Assembly: GCA_010093815.1 (NCBI GenBank)
Contig: ML996572.1
Reading direction: 5' to 3' (one strand)
Origin: Pseudovirgaria hyperparasitica
Taxonomy: Eukaryota
Length of the DNA stretch: 52,904 nt
Of this stretch, positions 22,572 to 37,400 are shown one piece after another. Every line of letters begins with the position of its first letter. The first letter of the stretch is position 1. The notes under the pieces are model-generated. The model was not told the origin of the DNA and made no database searches. It saw only the letters and a program-made list of their open reading frames with translations. The position numbers were made by a program, and so were the translations under genes.

Positions 22572-25500
22572 ATGGACTTCGGAGATAATACGTAGAGTAA
22601 CGCTAGGGGTAAGCTAGACTAAGACCTAGATCTAAATATAGGGTTATAAAGCGCCGAAGAGGCGATCTTTAACCTACTATAACGCTAGTAAGCCCTTAAA
22701 TAAGAGATTCTTACTATAAGGAACTAAGCCTCCTAGAATTAATTAAGCCCCGCTATAAATGAACTACTAAAGTCTCTACTTAAAAAGATAACCTTAACCC
22801 CGTAAACTAACTAGAAACTATTAGAATCTAGGGACTAGAAACCGCCCTCCTAGAACGGTAAAGTAGCTACCTTCTAAGACTATCTATTATAGTTATATAG
22901 CTTCTATAAGGTACGATCCGCGCTTAAGCTAAAGCTATCTCTAGATTACTACTAGAACGCTATCTACGATACTCTACTAGCGCGTAAGAGAAACTAAATA
23001 TAATACTTCTAGAAAAGGGGAGACTCTATAAAAGGCAAGGACCCTAAAGTCTTCTTTATATAACTTAAGTATATATACACGGATAGTAATAAGAAGGCTA
23101 AGACCTTAGAAAAGCTTTCGTTACTTAAATATATAAACGGCTAACCTTAGTATAAATACTAACTTGAATTCGACGGGCTTCTACTAAGCGCCGGTAGAGA
23201 TAACTAGAAAGATAGTATAAAAATCAGCTATTTCTAAAATACCTTCTCGAATCCCGCTCGCACGTATATAGCCTCTATACTAAGGATTATAGACTACTAT
23301 AGCTTTGCGGAAGAGGTTAAGAGAATTATAATAAACTTAGAAGATACTAAGTAGTTTAAGGTAGCTAATAAGAAGTAGAAATAGGATATAGTTACTATAA
23401 TAAAAAGCACGGTAGCTATAAGGTTATATAAGTATTACGCCGCGGCTAAAAAGAATAAGAATAGAGATACTATTATAGACCCTATATATACGAGTAGAGA
23501 CTAGAAGAAAGAATCTAGATTCTACTATAAGACGGAGGAGATACCGAAGGTAAAGTAGATTAACTAAGTAGAAAGAGATAGACGCTAGAAAGAAGGGCTC
23601 TACTTCCGTTATAGGGTATCGGGATACTAGATTAAAGACTATCTATATACTAACCCCTCCTTAACCTCTAAAAGGATTATAAAGATTAATTAAGTTAAAA
23701 TTACACCTCTATTAGAGATTAAAGATAATCTTACGGATTCCGATAATAAGTACTTAGAAAATATTTAATTCCCTCTTAAAGTTAAGAGTAGAGAGTAGAG
23801 GATACACTAGTAGATAGATAGGCTAAGTTCTAAAGTATAATAGATAGAAACCTTGTATATACGGACGTAGTCCTCTAAAAAGCTATTAGGACTTTTACGC
23901 TTATTAATAAAGGCTACTAGTACTACGCTATAATTTAAGAAGATCTAATAGAAGGTCTAGAACTCCTCTATAGATATCGCGGAAAGCGTATAATTAAGGG
24001 AGTAATAGACGCTATAAATAACTCTAAAATTCGTAGAGTCGTCACGTTTTATATAGAGATAGATAATTATAGATAAGATATCTACGCTTATATAGTACCT
24101 AACTTAGCCTTCCTACTTATCCTTAGAAATACTTAGAAAGCATATAATAAGGTATAGACCACGCCTGATAAGCGACGGTACTACTATAGCTAAGTAAAGC
24201 GATAGATAGATAAAGATCTTAACTACTATAAGCTAGGGACCGCCGAAGAGTAGACGGACCCTATAAAAGAATATAAGAACTCTAAAGGGGTCCTTATAGT
24301 AAACACGGTATCTATAGAGAATATCTATAAGACGCTAGAGAAGAAGAAAGAGCTATTACTAGAATAGATATAGAAGATACTACCCCCGTAACTCTAGAAT
24401 ATAGCTCCGCTATTTTCTAAAAGAGAAGCGGATAAACTCGCGCCGTACTAACTAGATATTAATTATAAAATTAAGATACGCGAGAAAGCGGACGGGATAC
24501 TAATAGACTTACTATAGAGGCGGCTATTTAGTATAGTAAAGGACGAGCTCCTTATACTAGTAAAACTTCTAAGAAATCTTCTAGTAAAAGGGCTAATTTA
24601 GTATACTATATTAGAAGCTACGGCCTCTATATTATTTATAAGAAAGTCTAGTAGAGAACTCCGGTTCTATTATAACTACCGCGCCTTAAACGCTATTACT
24701 AAGCCTAACTAGTACCTCTTACTACTAATACTAGAGACCCTCTAAAATCTAACGGACGCTAAATAGTTAACTAAGGTAGATATTATCGCTGCCTTCTACT
24801 AGATCCGTATAGCCCCTAGTTACGAATATAAAATGGTATTTAGAACTCGGCTAGGGTCGTTCGAATAGACGGTATATCCGTTCGGGTTATTAGGGGCTCT
24901 AGTAACCTTCTAACGGTATATTAACTTCTTACTATAAGAATAGCTAGATAACTTTACTTTAGCCTATATAGATAACGTAATTATCTACTTAAATAGATTA
25001 AAGAAAGACTATTTTAGTAAAGTACGTATTATTCTTTAGAAGCTCTAGAACGGAGATCTCTATCTAGACCCTAGGAAAAGTAAGTTTACTTATAAAAAGA
25101 TTAAGTACCTTAGGTTTATTATATATACTAATAGAAAAGGTATAGGCCCCGACCTAGAGAAGCTAGAAGTAGTAAAGGTCTAGTAGAAGCCGAATACCTA
25201 GAAGAAAGTATAATGGTTCCTTAGGTTCTATAACTACTACCGGATGTTTATTATAAACTATTCTAAGCTAGCCGGGCCTCTTACGGTACTTACTAGTAAG
25301 AATACTCTATTCTTCTAGGGAAAGAATAAGGAAGAGTCGTTCTAGGCCCTAAAGGAGAAGTTCTTAGGGGCCCTAGTTATAGTATACTAGGACCCTTATT
25401 AGAAGACGTTCCTTAAGATAGACTATAGTAGGTTTACGCTTAGAGAAGTACTACTTTAGAAAAATAAAGGAACTCTTAGACCCGTTAGATTTTTCTTATA

Positions 25501-27560
25501 GAAGCTAAATAAAGCGGAGATTAACTATAATATCTATAATAAGGAGATACTTACTATAATCTTCTACTTAAAGTTCTAGAACCCTAAGTTAAAAGTATAT
25601 GGTCCCTTTACTATATAGACGGATTATAAGAATCTTAAATACTTTATAATAAAGCGTTATCTATTAGAACGCTAAATATAGTAGTACGAAACCTTATCTA
25701 AGTACTAGTTCTTCTTAGTTTACTAACCGGGATCCGAAGCGGTCGTCTCTAATACTCTATTAAGATAGGAATAAGATATACTTAGAGTAGATAATAAAGA
25801 GTCTAGGTTCTATAGGTTTCTAGACCCTAAGAATATAAAAGATTAGCTAGTCTCTAAGGTAAGACTATCGGCGGCCTATACTACCGACTTACTATTTAAG
25901 AATATATCGCTAGAGACTAAGTCTATCTATAAAGAGCCGGCTTTCCCGGGACCTTTCTAGGACTACTCTCTAAATAATCTATAGACTATAATAGTAGAAA
26001 AGGACTTAATATACTAAACTATACTCCATATAGTAACGGAAGAAGTATAGTTATTTCTAAGTAAGGTAAAGCTAAAAGTCTAAGTAGTAGATTATAGTAT
26101 TAGCTCGGAGGGCTACCTTAACTACCGTAGAAAATTATAGATACTAGGCGCAAAGGTAACTATAGAAGCTAAGTATAAAGTACTAGGGCCCGGCGATTTA
26201 GAAGGGGACGTCCTTTAGACTAAGCTTATCTAGTCTATATACGACTTACCGCTCTATAGCTACCTAGACTAAGATTCTACTACTTCTATACTAGCACGAA
26301 GCTTCTACTAGCCGCTATAGGTAAGATACGTAAGGTAGTTTCTATAAAATTATAACTACTATAGACGGAATAAGGTATAGTAGGAATAAAAACACGGACT
26401 TCTAAAGTCTCTCCTAGTCTCTAATTATTTCTTCTAGAAGATCTTAATAGACTTTCTTACTAACCTACCCGGCTTAGAAGAGAACTACTACTTATAGGTT
26501 ATTAAAGACCGCCTAAGTAAGACCGTAGTATTATAAGCGATATCTACTATAAAGATAGAGAAATATACTAAGGCGTTTATAGATTACTAGGTAAGGTACT
26601 ATAGTATACCCTTAGTAATAATAAGTAATTAAGAAATAAACTAGACTAGCTATTTCTAGAAGACCTTTTATAGCCTTACCGGAGTAATCTAAAGACTAAG
26701 CTCTATATACTATCCTTAAATAGACGGAGACCTAGAGAGAATAAACTAGGAGGTATAGAGCTACCTACGAAACTTTATTAATTAGAAATAGTCTAATTAG
26801 AAAACCTAGCTTCTAACTATGTAACTAGTACTAAACGCGCGCTACTAAGTAGGGCTAGGAATAAGCCTATTCTTCGCTACCTATAGATATAACCTACCGT
26901 CCCTCGTGCCTCTATAGATAGAAACTAACTCTAGTTTCTCGCTCCCTACTAAATAAAGAGCGGAAACCTTTATAAAAAAGATAAAGGATATTACTAAGCT
27001 ATATTAAGTAAATATAGTAGAGACCGTCTAAAAGTAAGAGGAGTCCGTAAATAGAAAGTAAACTCTAGTACTAGTATACCGTGTAGGAGATAAAGTATAG
27101 CTTAATTTAAGAAACTATATAATAAGTTAACTAAAGAAGAACCTAGACTTAAAGTACGCGAAATATACCGTAGATAAAGTTCTATTACTAGTGTCCGTTA
27201 GACTAAGGGGGCTTCCTAGTAATATCTACCTAGTATTCTATATAGATCTACTTAGACTAGCTAGCGAAGACTCTCTACCTAGATAGGAGACTAATAATAA
27301 ATAACTAGACTCTATACTTATTAAGATACACGAAGAGTAGTAAGTTAAAGAGATACTATATACTAGAAATAAAGGGCGAGGATAGAGAAGAGAAGTCCTA
27401 GTAAAATAGGCTAGATACCACGACCTAATATAGAAACCCTTAGTAAACCTAATAGATACTACCGTATTAGATAAGTTTAAATAGAAGTTCGGACCCGCTA
27501 AGATAAATAATAGCCTACTAGAGTAGTAGACTATAAAGAAAAAGAAGATATCTATCTAGT
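22572..27560 (+). pseudogene. gag-pol of element B (heavily RIP-mutated)
   Basis: ATG 22572; CCHC knuckle ~23600; protease ~23900; RT YIDNVII ~24965; RNase H ~25420; integrase ~26250-26900; chromodomain EVLVK*ARYHDLI*KP ~27330-27480. Confidence 0.9.
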
Positions 27561-29367
27561 AATCTATAGAATATATAGATAAAGAAGAGGAAGACTATAC
27601 GGTCTTAAGAGAGAATAGAAAAGGAATTCATTCTATAGAAAAAAAAAAGGAAAAAAAAGAGAGAGAACTAAACGCTAAAGGAAAAGGCCCGGAGGCTAGT
27701 ATATTCTAATAGGCCTACGGGTTAGCCTAACGGGGCCCTAATACTAACGCTAGAGGAATACCGCCTATACTATAATAGGAGGTTAGCGAGAGAATTTAAC
27801 TAGAGTCTAGAATTAAACTTATATTTAACTCTACTAGACTACTATATTAGTTATTTAAGTAGTTATCTAGGAGGCGACGGTACTAAAAGTATAGTTAGTA
27901 ATTATTTATCTAGGGAGTCTAAATAGTCTTATACGGGAAGTAGACTAGCTACTTATAAAGACTATAAAGCCTTTACTACTTTTAGAACCTAGGCGAGGTT
28001 CTTATAGATATCTAGCCTAAACTAACTATTAGCCGGGCGTTAAAATATAGAACTAGAAGAGAAAAGAACTTACGCCCTAGTATTAGTCGACTAAGTCTAT
28101 ACTACGTAAGTAATATGAGTAATCTCCGGTCTAAAACACTCGGTTAGCGGTTATTATAATAAGGGTTTCTAAGTTAGCTTATAGATTCTAGTAATTTACC
28201 CTTCTTAAGGTATAACGAGTATAGAAGTAACTTTAGTTTAACTAAGTAAATTAGCGGAGTCTAATATAAATAATATAGAGTCTAATACTTATCGCTTAGT
28301 TAGCGTAGTCTTCGCTAGCTAGGGCATAGCCCTAGTAGTAGATAATATTATTTATCTATAGAACCTAAGTATTAGTAACTAGACTCTAACTAGACGAGAA
28401 GAGAGAATCTAATCTTACTACGGAGAAGAATAAGATTATTAAGGTCTAGAAAAACAGAAGAGAAACTATACCTTTATACTTAGGACCCTTAAAATTATAA
28501 ATAGACCTTTATAAATAGGATATTATAAATAGAATATCTATAATACGTAAATATCTATTTACGTACGACTCTAAAAACGCGTAAATAACTCTTATTTACG
28601 TACTCTTAATAGATAAGTAAATAGTCCTAGCGTACGTAATAATAGGCACCCTATTAACTAAGAAGTACCCGGTAAGAGATAGGTTAATATAAAAATAGTT
28701 CTTAATTAAAGAACTAAACCCTTTCTTCTATATACTTAATAATAGGTCTAAGGCCTAAGAAGGTATAGGGCTAAGGCCTAAGAAGGTATAGGGCTAAATT
28801 AAAGTAGACGCGCGGATAGTAAGTCTAGTAGGATTTCGCTAGACTTACTACGCAAATATATATATTAAGTCTAAGTAGCCTAGCTTATAGAGAGTACTAT
28901 ACGTAGCGGTAATAGAGGCTACTACTATCCTATAATAATAATTATTACTACTAGAGTAATAATAGGCACTACTATATTAGGAAGCTATTCTTAGATAGAC
29001 GGCTATCTACCCGGTACTAGGGGGATATAGATATAAAAGGAGCTACTAATGTAGGAATTAAACTACCTTCTATAAATAACCTATAATAGGTTTAATAGGT
29101 AGATTCTTTTAATAGGAGGTGTACGCGCCACGACCTAATAGTAGACGTTAAGTCTAGTTACTAAGGCCTATATTAGGGGGCGTCGTATATAATAATAAGT
29201 ATTACCACGAGCCGATAGTAATTACTACTATAATAACTAGATATAGAAGAGCGGCTTTATTAAGGGTTTTCTAGGAAGCCGGCGGGAATTAGCTAGATAA
29301 TACTTACTTATAAGCGGTCCGCGGCTAGAATAGGGTATAGTAATAAATAAGTAGAGAGAGGGGGTAA

Positions 29368-29582
29368 TATTAAGGGTAGACCCTAGGTATACTTAACGCT
29401 AGCGTACTACGTCTACGCTACTACTCTCTCCTCGCTTAATAAAGCTAAGCGAGCTCCTTTTTAATAGTATACTCTATCCCTTATCTTAAGGAAGCTAAGT
29501 AGACTTTGGCTTCCTCCCTTATTAAACTTACTATATTCTATAAATACTCTTACGTCTATGTATACGTCGTATTCCCGTAATA
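29368..29582 (+). repeat. 3' LTR of element B
   Basis: Direct repeat of 22319-22533. Confidence 0.95.
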
Positions 29583-30843
29583 GCTAGGTATATATATATA
29601 TATATTTTATATTAATAGCTATTATATAAGTCCCTATTATTAATACTAATATATATCTATATTATATTATATCTTTATTTACCTATTCTATTTAGTTTAC
29701 TATAGTTACTAGATTATCTTCTATTAGTTTTACTACTATAGTAGCTAGATAGCCCCTTAACTATCTTCTATATTAGAGATTCTATAGAGAAGATATATAA
29801 GAGATTAGTAGATATTTTTATTAGCTATAGATTAGTAATCTACTAGATAAAATATTAGATAGTAGAATAATAACTAGCTAATAGATATAATAAAGATTTA
29901 GACGTAGACTAATATAGTATTTTATATAGACGTGTAATACTTATATATTATTATTAATAATTTTACATAAGTATATATAGAAATTAAGAGACTAAGAGCT
30001 AGGTAGAAGTCGGGGGCTAGTAGATATATATCGGGCTTTCAACGGGCTTATACCTAACTTCTTCTAGTATATATCTAGAATATCTACTATATACTATATT
30101 ATTACTATCTACTAATAATTATACTATAGTATTTTTCCTTTATAGTAACTATATCTTAAGATACTATAGACTATAGTCTTCTACTAATACTATAGTAGAA
30201 AGATTAGTAGTATATACTATATAATCCGTAGGTACTATAACTCGGAACTATATAGACGAGTATAGCTTACTATATTACTATTATTATTATAACTATTAGG
30301 TCTATAGCTACTACTATTAACCGGGTTATAGCGCGGCTTTAGTACTTATAGTTATATTAGTTAATAGAACTCTTTAGTTTACTCTATTAGTATTAAGCTA
30401 CTAAGCGTTAATTAGAAGTCTAAGTCTATAGAATTAGATACTTCTACTACTAATACGGCCCTATATAAAGATACTACTATATTCCCTAATTATATTTTAG
30501 ACCTAGAATCTATAGAGGGCGTTACTAGTAGCTATAGTACTAATTTAGTATATTAGTCTAATATATATAGTAGAAATACTATAACTATAGTAATAAGAGT
30601 ATCTAGTACTATATATTTAATAAAAACGTTTAAAGAAGAGAGTAGTATATATATTCTAGTAGACTAGAGTAGACGTAATAATCTATCTAATATAAGTATA
30701 TATAGTCTATTATTATAGTAGTAACTAATTTAGTAGACCCGATTCGGTTAATTTAATAGTAAGTTTATAGAGCGCCTTATAATATAGATAAATTGGTTTA
30801 GTATTTTAAATATAGCGTATAATAAATTAACTACTATCCTTAA

Positions 30844-31606
30844 TAATAATAATAATATTATATAACTAGATAGAGTAGTACTCTATAGGCCTATGCCTTC
30901 TCTAGTCTAAGCTACTATATAAGAAGAAACCCTATAGAAAAAAACTTCCTTATATCTATAACTATATCTCGTTAAACCTCTATTTTATCTTAAGTATATA
31001 GCTATAGAGTACGCCTATTAGTCTATAGCCTATATTACTATTATTTTACCCTTAGATAGTACGTATAGATATAGAGGTTATTAGTTAAGGGCTACCCTTA
31101 ACTAATAATCGGGGTTCTTCCGGGGTTCTTCTAGTATATATTAGGTTACTACTAGCGTATATCGGGTCTCTTCTAGTATATATTTCTAGGTCTACTAGTA
31201 CTAGAGGAGTAGTAGATATATAAGTATCTATTAGGAGACATTCTTAGGGTACTTATTAAGCTATTATATAATATCTAAAGTCTTTATAATATAGATAAGC
31301 TATTACCGTTATATATAGAGGTTAGGGTATATAGCTAGATAGTAGCGTATTATACCTCTCTAGCCGTATACCTTATACTATAGGGAGGTATTAGGAACGC
31401 CTCTCTTATAGAGGTAGTATAGAAGTTCTATAGTATCTATTCGGGCTTAGATAAGTATAGATACTTAGGCTTTCGTTAGCCCTTTATATATCTATTTACT
31501 TAGTTCCTTCTATAGTCCTTAAATCTACTCTAGATATCTATCCTACTAGAAGGTCTAGTAGATATAGAGTATCTCTTTCTACTTGTCTTAAGTCTACGAC
31601 TATATG
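30844..31606 (-). mobile_element. 5'-truncated copy of the Tad1-like LINE
   Basis: Reverse complement of ~40160-40925; (TTA)n tail; 17-bp TSD ttaactactatccttaa (30827-30843, 31607-31623). Confidence 0.95.
31078..31108. repeat. Shared palindrome copy 4 (3' UTR of the truncated LINE)
   Basis: ttattagttaaggg-cta-cccttaactaataa. Confidence 0.95.
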
Positions 31607-34600
31607 TTAACTACTATCCTTAAATAGACTTCCGCTATACCCTCTAATCTTTTTATACTAAAATCTAATATTATATATAAGTAGTTATTATACTACCCTA
31701 AAGGGATACCGTATAAAAGTTAGTAGTATAGCTATAATATATTTAGTACTACTATAGTTAAATGCTAGTATAGAAATCCACTTATATTAGTAGAATTCCT
31801 TCTTAGATACTAACTATTTACTAGTAAGCTCGTATTTAAGCTAGTGTAATAATTTACTAGTTTAGACGACTAGATATATAGTAAAGTCTATATAGTAGAT
31901 AGTTAGTAGAATATATATACTACTATTCCGGACGGTATCTTTATCGTCTCTATTATTTTATCTTTAGATAAGATAAACCTTACTAACTATAGTAGTAATA
32001 GAGTAGTATAGCTAGTCTATCTATCTATTTATAATCTACTACTAAACGTCTACTTATCTAGAAGTCTACTATTATTTCTACTACTTACTCTATTACTAGT
32101 AGTTAAGCTAGAAATAGTAGCGAATTACTTTATATTCTATTAGATTATAAGTAAAGTTCTAGTCTATATATCCGCCTACGATAGAGTCGTTAACTATACT
32201 AATTATTATATAGTATTATAGGCTATATAGAGTACTAGAGTATTAGTATTATATACTAATAGTAGCTTACGTATATACTATCCGTGTTTAGCTTTATATA
32301 TTATAGATTTTCTAGAGTAGGTACTTATTATAGGTATATTCTATTAGTATATATATCTAATATATATAGTCTCTAGTAATAGACAATAGTATCTACAAGA
32401 AGCTATTACTAGTATATAGAAGTTCTATATATACTTATTATTATAGAAATAGATTTACTATATATATTATAAGTTAATAACTAATAGCTATAGTAGTAAG
32501 TATACTAGTAGTAAGATAGATAATAGAATAAGTATACCTAGTATCTTATTATTTTCGTCAATATCTTTCACGCTAGTAGTATAGAGCTATTATATTTACT
32601 AATTAGTTAAGAGTTAGTATTCTAGTAGATAGATAGAGCTATTAGATAATTTCGTCTAGTTACTTACTAGAGTTAATATATACTACGCGGTTACTCTAGA
32701 TATTCTATATTAACTATATAAGGGTATATTAGAATATATATTTAATTAGATAGTCTTATATATTATTAATTAAGAGCGTACGGGATATAGATTAAAGGGT
32801 ATATTTACTAGTATACCCTCTATAGAATAAGTAAAGAAGGTAATTAATAAGTAATTTACGTCTATTAGGGTATTTAGTTATTATAATCTACTTATATATA
32901 TAACTTTAGTAATATAATAGATAGGGGTAATGTTTAAGTATATACTAGTAGTATTTATAGTTACGTTTAAACCGCTCCTATATTATAATTAATACTTTCT
33001 AAGTATAGTATAGACGGTTATTAATATATATATATTAGCGGCGTACTATATATATAATATATAGATACTAGTATACTTAGAGGAGACTATATAATACTTA
33101 GACGATCTAAAATACTAGTTTATACTATATTATAGAGATAAATTAGAGGATAATTATTTTAACTTTCTAAAGTTCTATATATTATTGTACCTAGTTAATA
33201 CTATTAAGTACTATAGTTTATTATATCTAATATTAGCGGAGCTACTAGAGTAATCTTATATTATAGTAAAGAAATTATATTAAGGTTTAAATAAGAGGGA
33301 GATATTTCTATAGTAGATACTAGTAGTAGATATACGTATAACTAATACTAAAATCTCTAGTAGTATAGAGGTAGTAGCTAGTAATAGTATATTAGTAGCC
33401 TCTAGCCTAGAGTAGCTTAATAATATATATAAGCTAGTTAGCTAGCGGCGTATTTTCAAGGAGCTATACTAGAGTAAATATATAATCTATATCTTATAGA
33501 GCTATAGACTATCTATATCCTACTAGACTACTATTAGTAACCTCTATAATATATATAGTAGTAGTTTTATATTACTTAATATGGTTACCCCCTTTATATA
33601 TAACTATTATAATTAGCTTATTAGAGATAATATATTAAGAGAAGTAAATATTAAATATATTAAAAAGAACCCTTCGTAGGTACGGGTTCTTTCTATCTAT
33701 ATATATAAGACTATATACGTACTAATATAACTAGATAGAGATATATCTATAGAGGCCTTCGATCTAGTTTAGATAAGATATATCTATAACTAGTAAAAGA
33801 GTAGTAAGGCTAGAGAGAATTATATATTAGTATAGGAGTTTAATAAGGGTAGTAACTACCTTAATAGAAAGCGGGTTAGTAAAGTCCGTATATTTCTAGA
33901 GGTATATAATATAGAGAGTATCGATATAACCAGTAGTATAGCGGCGTGATTCCTAGGTATATTAGTTAAACTACTTAATAACTTAGGTAGAGGTAATATT
34001 AATACTATTAGTAGCCTTATACTATTATATATAGCGGGTTAAAGGTTAGATAATAAGACTTATATAATAGATAGGTTCCGTATCTACGAGCTAGAGTATA
34101 TTCTACACCCTATATAGATTATATTATATTAGTTAGTTACGGATAGTTTATTCTAGTTAAATATATATAGTAATTAGGGAATCTATAATAAGGTATATAA
34201 TCTAGACTTCTAGGCTATAAATAGATAGAATATAACTATAGCGTTAAAATATAGACGCGTGTTATAAGTCTATCGCTATCTACTACTATCTACTATAGTA
34301 TACTAGTATATACTATTATATAGCGGAAGTTATAGTTTATATATAGTAGTACTTAATAGTTATATTCTATACTAGAATATCTCTAAGGAATAATTATAGT
34401 TTATTATAATTAGTTCTATAAAAGACTTATATTTAATAACTATCTATAATTTTAGCTAAGGAGTATCTAGGGATATACCTCCTTATTATCTAATAATTAC
34501 TAGCTAGTATAAAAACTCTACGTCTCTAAAAAGGGTATATAGAACTTAAAGAATTCTTATTTATAGATAGAACTAGATCTAGATAGTATTAATCTAAAAT

Positions 34601-34744
34601 AGATAGATTATATATATTAATACTCTAAAATCCGAATTATATCTCTAGATCTACTAGACCTAGCTCGTATCTAATTCTAATATTTTCGTTATTCGCGTTT
34701 ATATCTTATTAGATACTAGGTATATAATAAGTCTATAGTTAAGT

Positions 34745-34920
34745 AAGTATCGGGTATATAACGAGTCTATTAATAAATAAATACCGGGTATATAACGAGT
34801 CTATATAAATAAGTATAAATAAGTATATACTAGGTATATAACGCTCTTACTAGAGAAACGTCTTCCTTAAGTATCTCCCTCTTCTAATATTTCTTCTTCT
34901 CTTTCTTTATTCTTTCTCTA
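34745..34920 (+). promoter_or_regulatory. ccgggtatataacg motif cluster followed by taagtatct and a CT-rich tract
   Basis: Three motif copies; same layout as 11035-11265. Confidence 0.45.
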
Positions 34921-35881
34921 GTCTTATAAGTATAGTTAGACTTATATTACTATATTATTAATATATATATTCTTATATAGACCGTTAGAAACTATAGTAA
35001 CTAGATATACGCTCTTATAATAGATAAATATACTATACTAATACGTTATATTATTCGTGTTTAATATAAGAGTTCGCTACTACGATCGTTTATTATTATA
35101 CTTATCTATCTCTTCTTAATAATAGTACTAATTAATAGTAATCTATTATAGAGATAATAGTTAGTATTATATACTTCTCTTAAATATTTATATATTAATA
35201 TTATATAAGTATATACTTCGCGGAGGTCCTCTATTCTTTTCTTAAGCTATCTAGACTATTCTCTAATTACTAAAAAACTCTTATATCTAACTATTTCTAC
35301 TATTTATTCCTTAGTTCTACTTATTAGACTTCGAATAATAGTAAACTATAATAGATTAGTAGTTATCTATATTTTATATATACTAAGTTAGTATACCTAA
35401 ATATAACGGATAATAGTATATTTATAATAGTATATACTAGATCTTATAGTATTTCTCTTTAGTGGTAGATCTATATAGTTATAAAGACGGTCTACTATTC
35501 TATTATATCTATATACTACGCTACTCTTTTATTATATATAGATAGTATTACTAGAGTAGAGCTATCGCCTAGTAAACTTAATATTATATATAGAGTATTA
35601 TATATTTAACGTTGTTATTTCACGTACCCTATATTAGTACGGAGTTAAAAACTTCTTATACTCTAATAGACTAAACTAGTTAATTCGGGGTAAAATAGTA
35701 ATTTACATATATTAAACGATAGAGTATACCGAGTATAATAACCTCCAATATACGTACGTATATATAGCGTATAATATACGATAATACTAATATATAGAGA
35801 TACTATATATATATACTCGAAGACTCTTTAATAATATAAGTATAGACTATATCTAATAAACGTCGATATACCGACCCCCTT

Positions 35882-35912
35882 TTATTAGTTAAGGGCTACC
35901 CTTAACTAATAA
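35882..35912. repeat. Shared palindrome copy 5, 2 nt before the ORF1 ATG
   Basis: ttattagttaaggg-cta-cccttaactaataa-cc-ATG. Confidence 0.95.
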
Positions 35913-35914
35913 CC

Positions 35915-37400
35915 ATGGCGGCCTTAGGTATTATAATACCCTAGTATACGCCGGATATACCCCTACTAGTATAGTAGAAACGGCTATATAGCGATATTAA
36001 TATAGATAGCTAGATACCTATCTAAAATATAGGAACTAACTAAGGGTACGAAGCGCTATAGATAACCTAGACTAAGGGGACCCCGAGAGGGGAGACCCTC
36101 CTAGATAAAATTAAATACTAGATAATATATATAGAGAGGGACGCCGAGAAGGGAAAGAAGACTCTCCTTTATATATTCTAGAACCTTATCTAGAATCTAA
36201 GAGAAATTATAGAGGAAGAAAGGAAGTTACTACGAGAGGAACCTAGTAGTAGACTTAACTAAATAGAAGTTAGCCTACGAAGAATCTAGAAAGAGCTATC
36301 CTAAGGTAAGCGCCCTAATACGTAGGCTTAGATTATAGTAATACCCGGAGCTACCGTACTAAGAACTACTAGAACTATAGATAGAGTATATAGTATACGT
36401 ATTATAATCTAGGATAAGAATATACTAGTATAGATCTAATAGATATCTCTAAAGGAAATTATAAATAAGATTAATAAATAGAAAGGAATATAGTTAAGCG
36501 TCGTAGCTACTAAAGTTACGCTAGGTAGGGTAGTACTTACTACTATAACGAATACTACGTAGTAAAACATCTTACGAGATCCGAACACGATAGATAGTAT
36601 CTTCTCTAGCGCGTCTATTAGGGTAGCTATATATCTAATTATAGTATATATAGTATCTATACGGGGATAGGCTATCGGAGCGGAGAATATTACGTGTATA
36701 GAATAATCTAACATATAAAAATACCTAGGGATTAAGATTATAAAGCGTAATAGAAGAATCTATAGGCGATTAAGACGACGGTAAAAAAACACTCTACTAT
36801 AATTATAGAGCTCTAAGACCCCGCTCTTATATAATATATTATATAGAAGGGATTCCTAGTAGAAGGAGAGCTCCTTATAGCCGAGCCATAGAATAGGGTA
36901 TAGGTAATAATATAGTACTTTAACTATTAAGGGTATAGATATACTATATAAAGATACTTATAGAAGACTAAGTGCGGATAGTACTATAGGGACCACGCCA
37001 CCTAGAAGTACTCTTATAAACTATAAGAAGACGGACTAAGAAATAGGGATATAGTATAGTATTTAAACTATAACGGGAAATATCTATTATAGTCGTTAAC
37101 GTATATAAAACGTAAATAGATTATAGAATATATTTATATAATAAAAGCGAGAGACGTAAGATAGTTATAGAATATAATATCTACTACGGGCTCTTTCTTT
37201 ATAATACCTCTAACCTCCCCTCTAGAAGGTAGTTAGATAGAATAGTAGACTATTCTAAAGACGATAGAACGACTAAAAGATATAGTTAAAGCCGCTACCG
37301 CGCGAGGATAGTCGCGTCTCTAAGGAATAAGTATATAGATATATATACTCCCTAGTATCTAATAAGGGACTAGAATATACTCTAAATTATATAGATAAAT
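35915..37400 (+). pseudogene. LINE ORF1 (gag-like, three CCHC knuckles)
   Basis: ATG 35915; RIP-altered CFNCQGYGH..C, CGQC.GDH..C and CLNCNGKH..C at ~36915-37105. Confidence 0.85.

Larger units (their letters stand above)
22319..29582 (+). mobile_element. Full-length Ty3/gypsy chromovirus B
   Basis: 215-bp LTRs, TSD GCTAG (22314-22318, 29583-29587), PPT agagagaggggg before the 3' LTR. Confidence 0.95.
30280..34260 (+). pseudogene. Plavaka-family transposase pseudogene, interrupted by a truncated LINE (start approximate)
   Basis: After RIP correction: WW..IPDG.FIVPIILSSDKTNLT..WPVYLSI (~31900-32030), DG.R..YP.LA.YIADFPEQ..CP.C (~32250-32370), FNFPKFH..E..EQSH..K.Y..SNKR (~33155-33300). Confidence 0.85.

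Noticed and set aside
33823..33837. Exact 15-bp match to the LINE 3' flank as a TSD (would make a 7-kb LINE)
   Set aside because: Plavaka-like coding motifs continue across this point; the RIP-diverged match at ~35630 fits better
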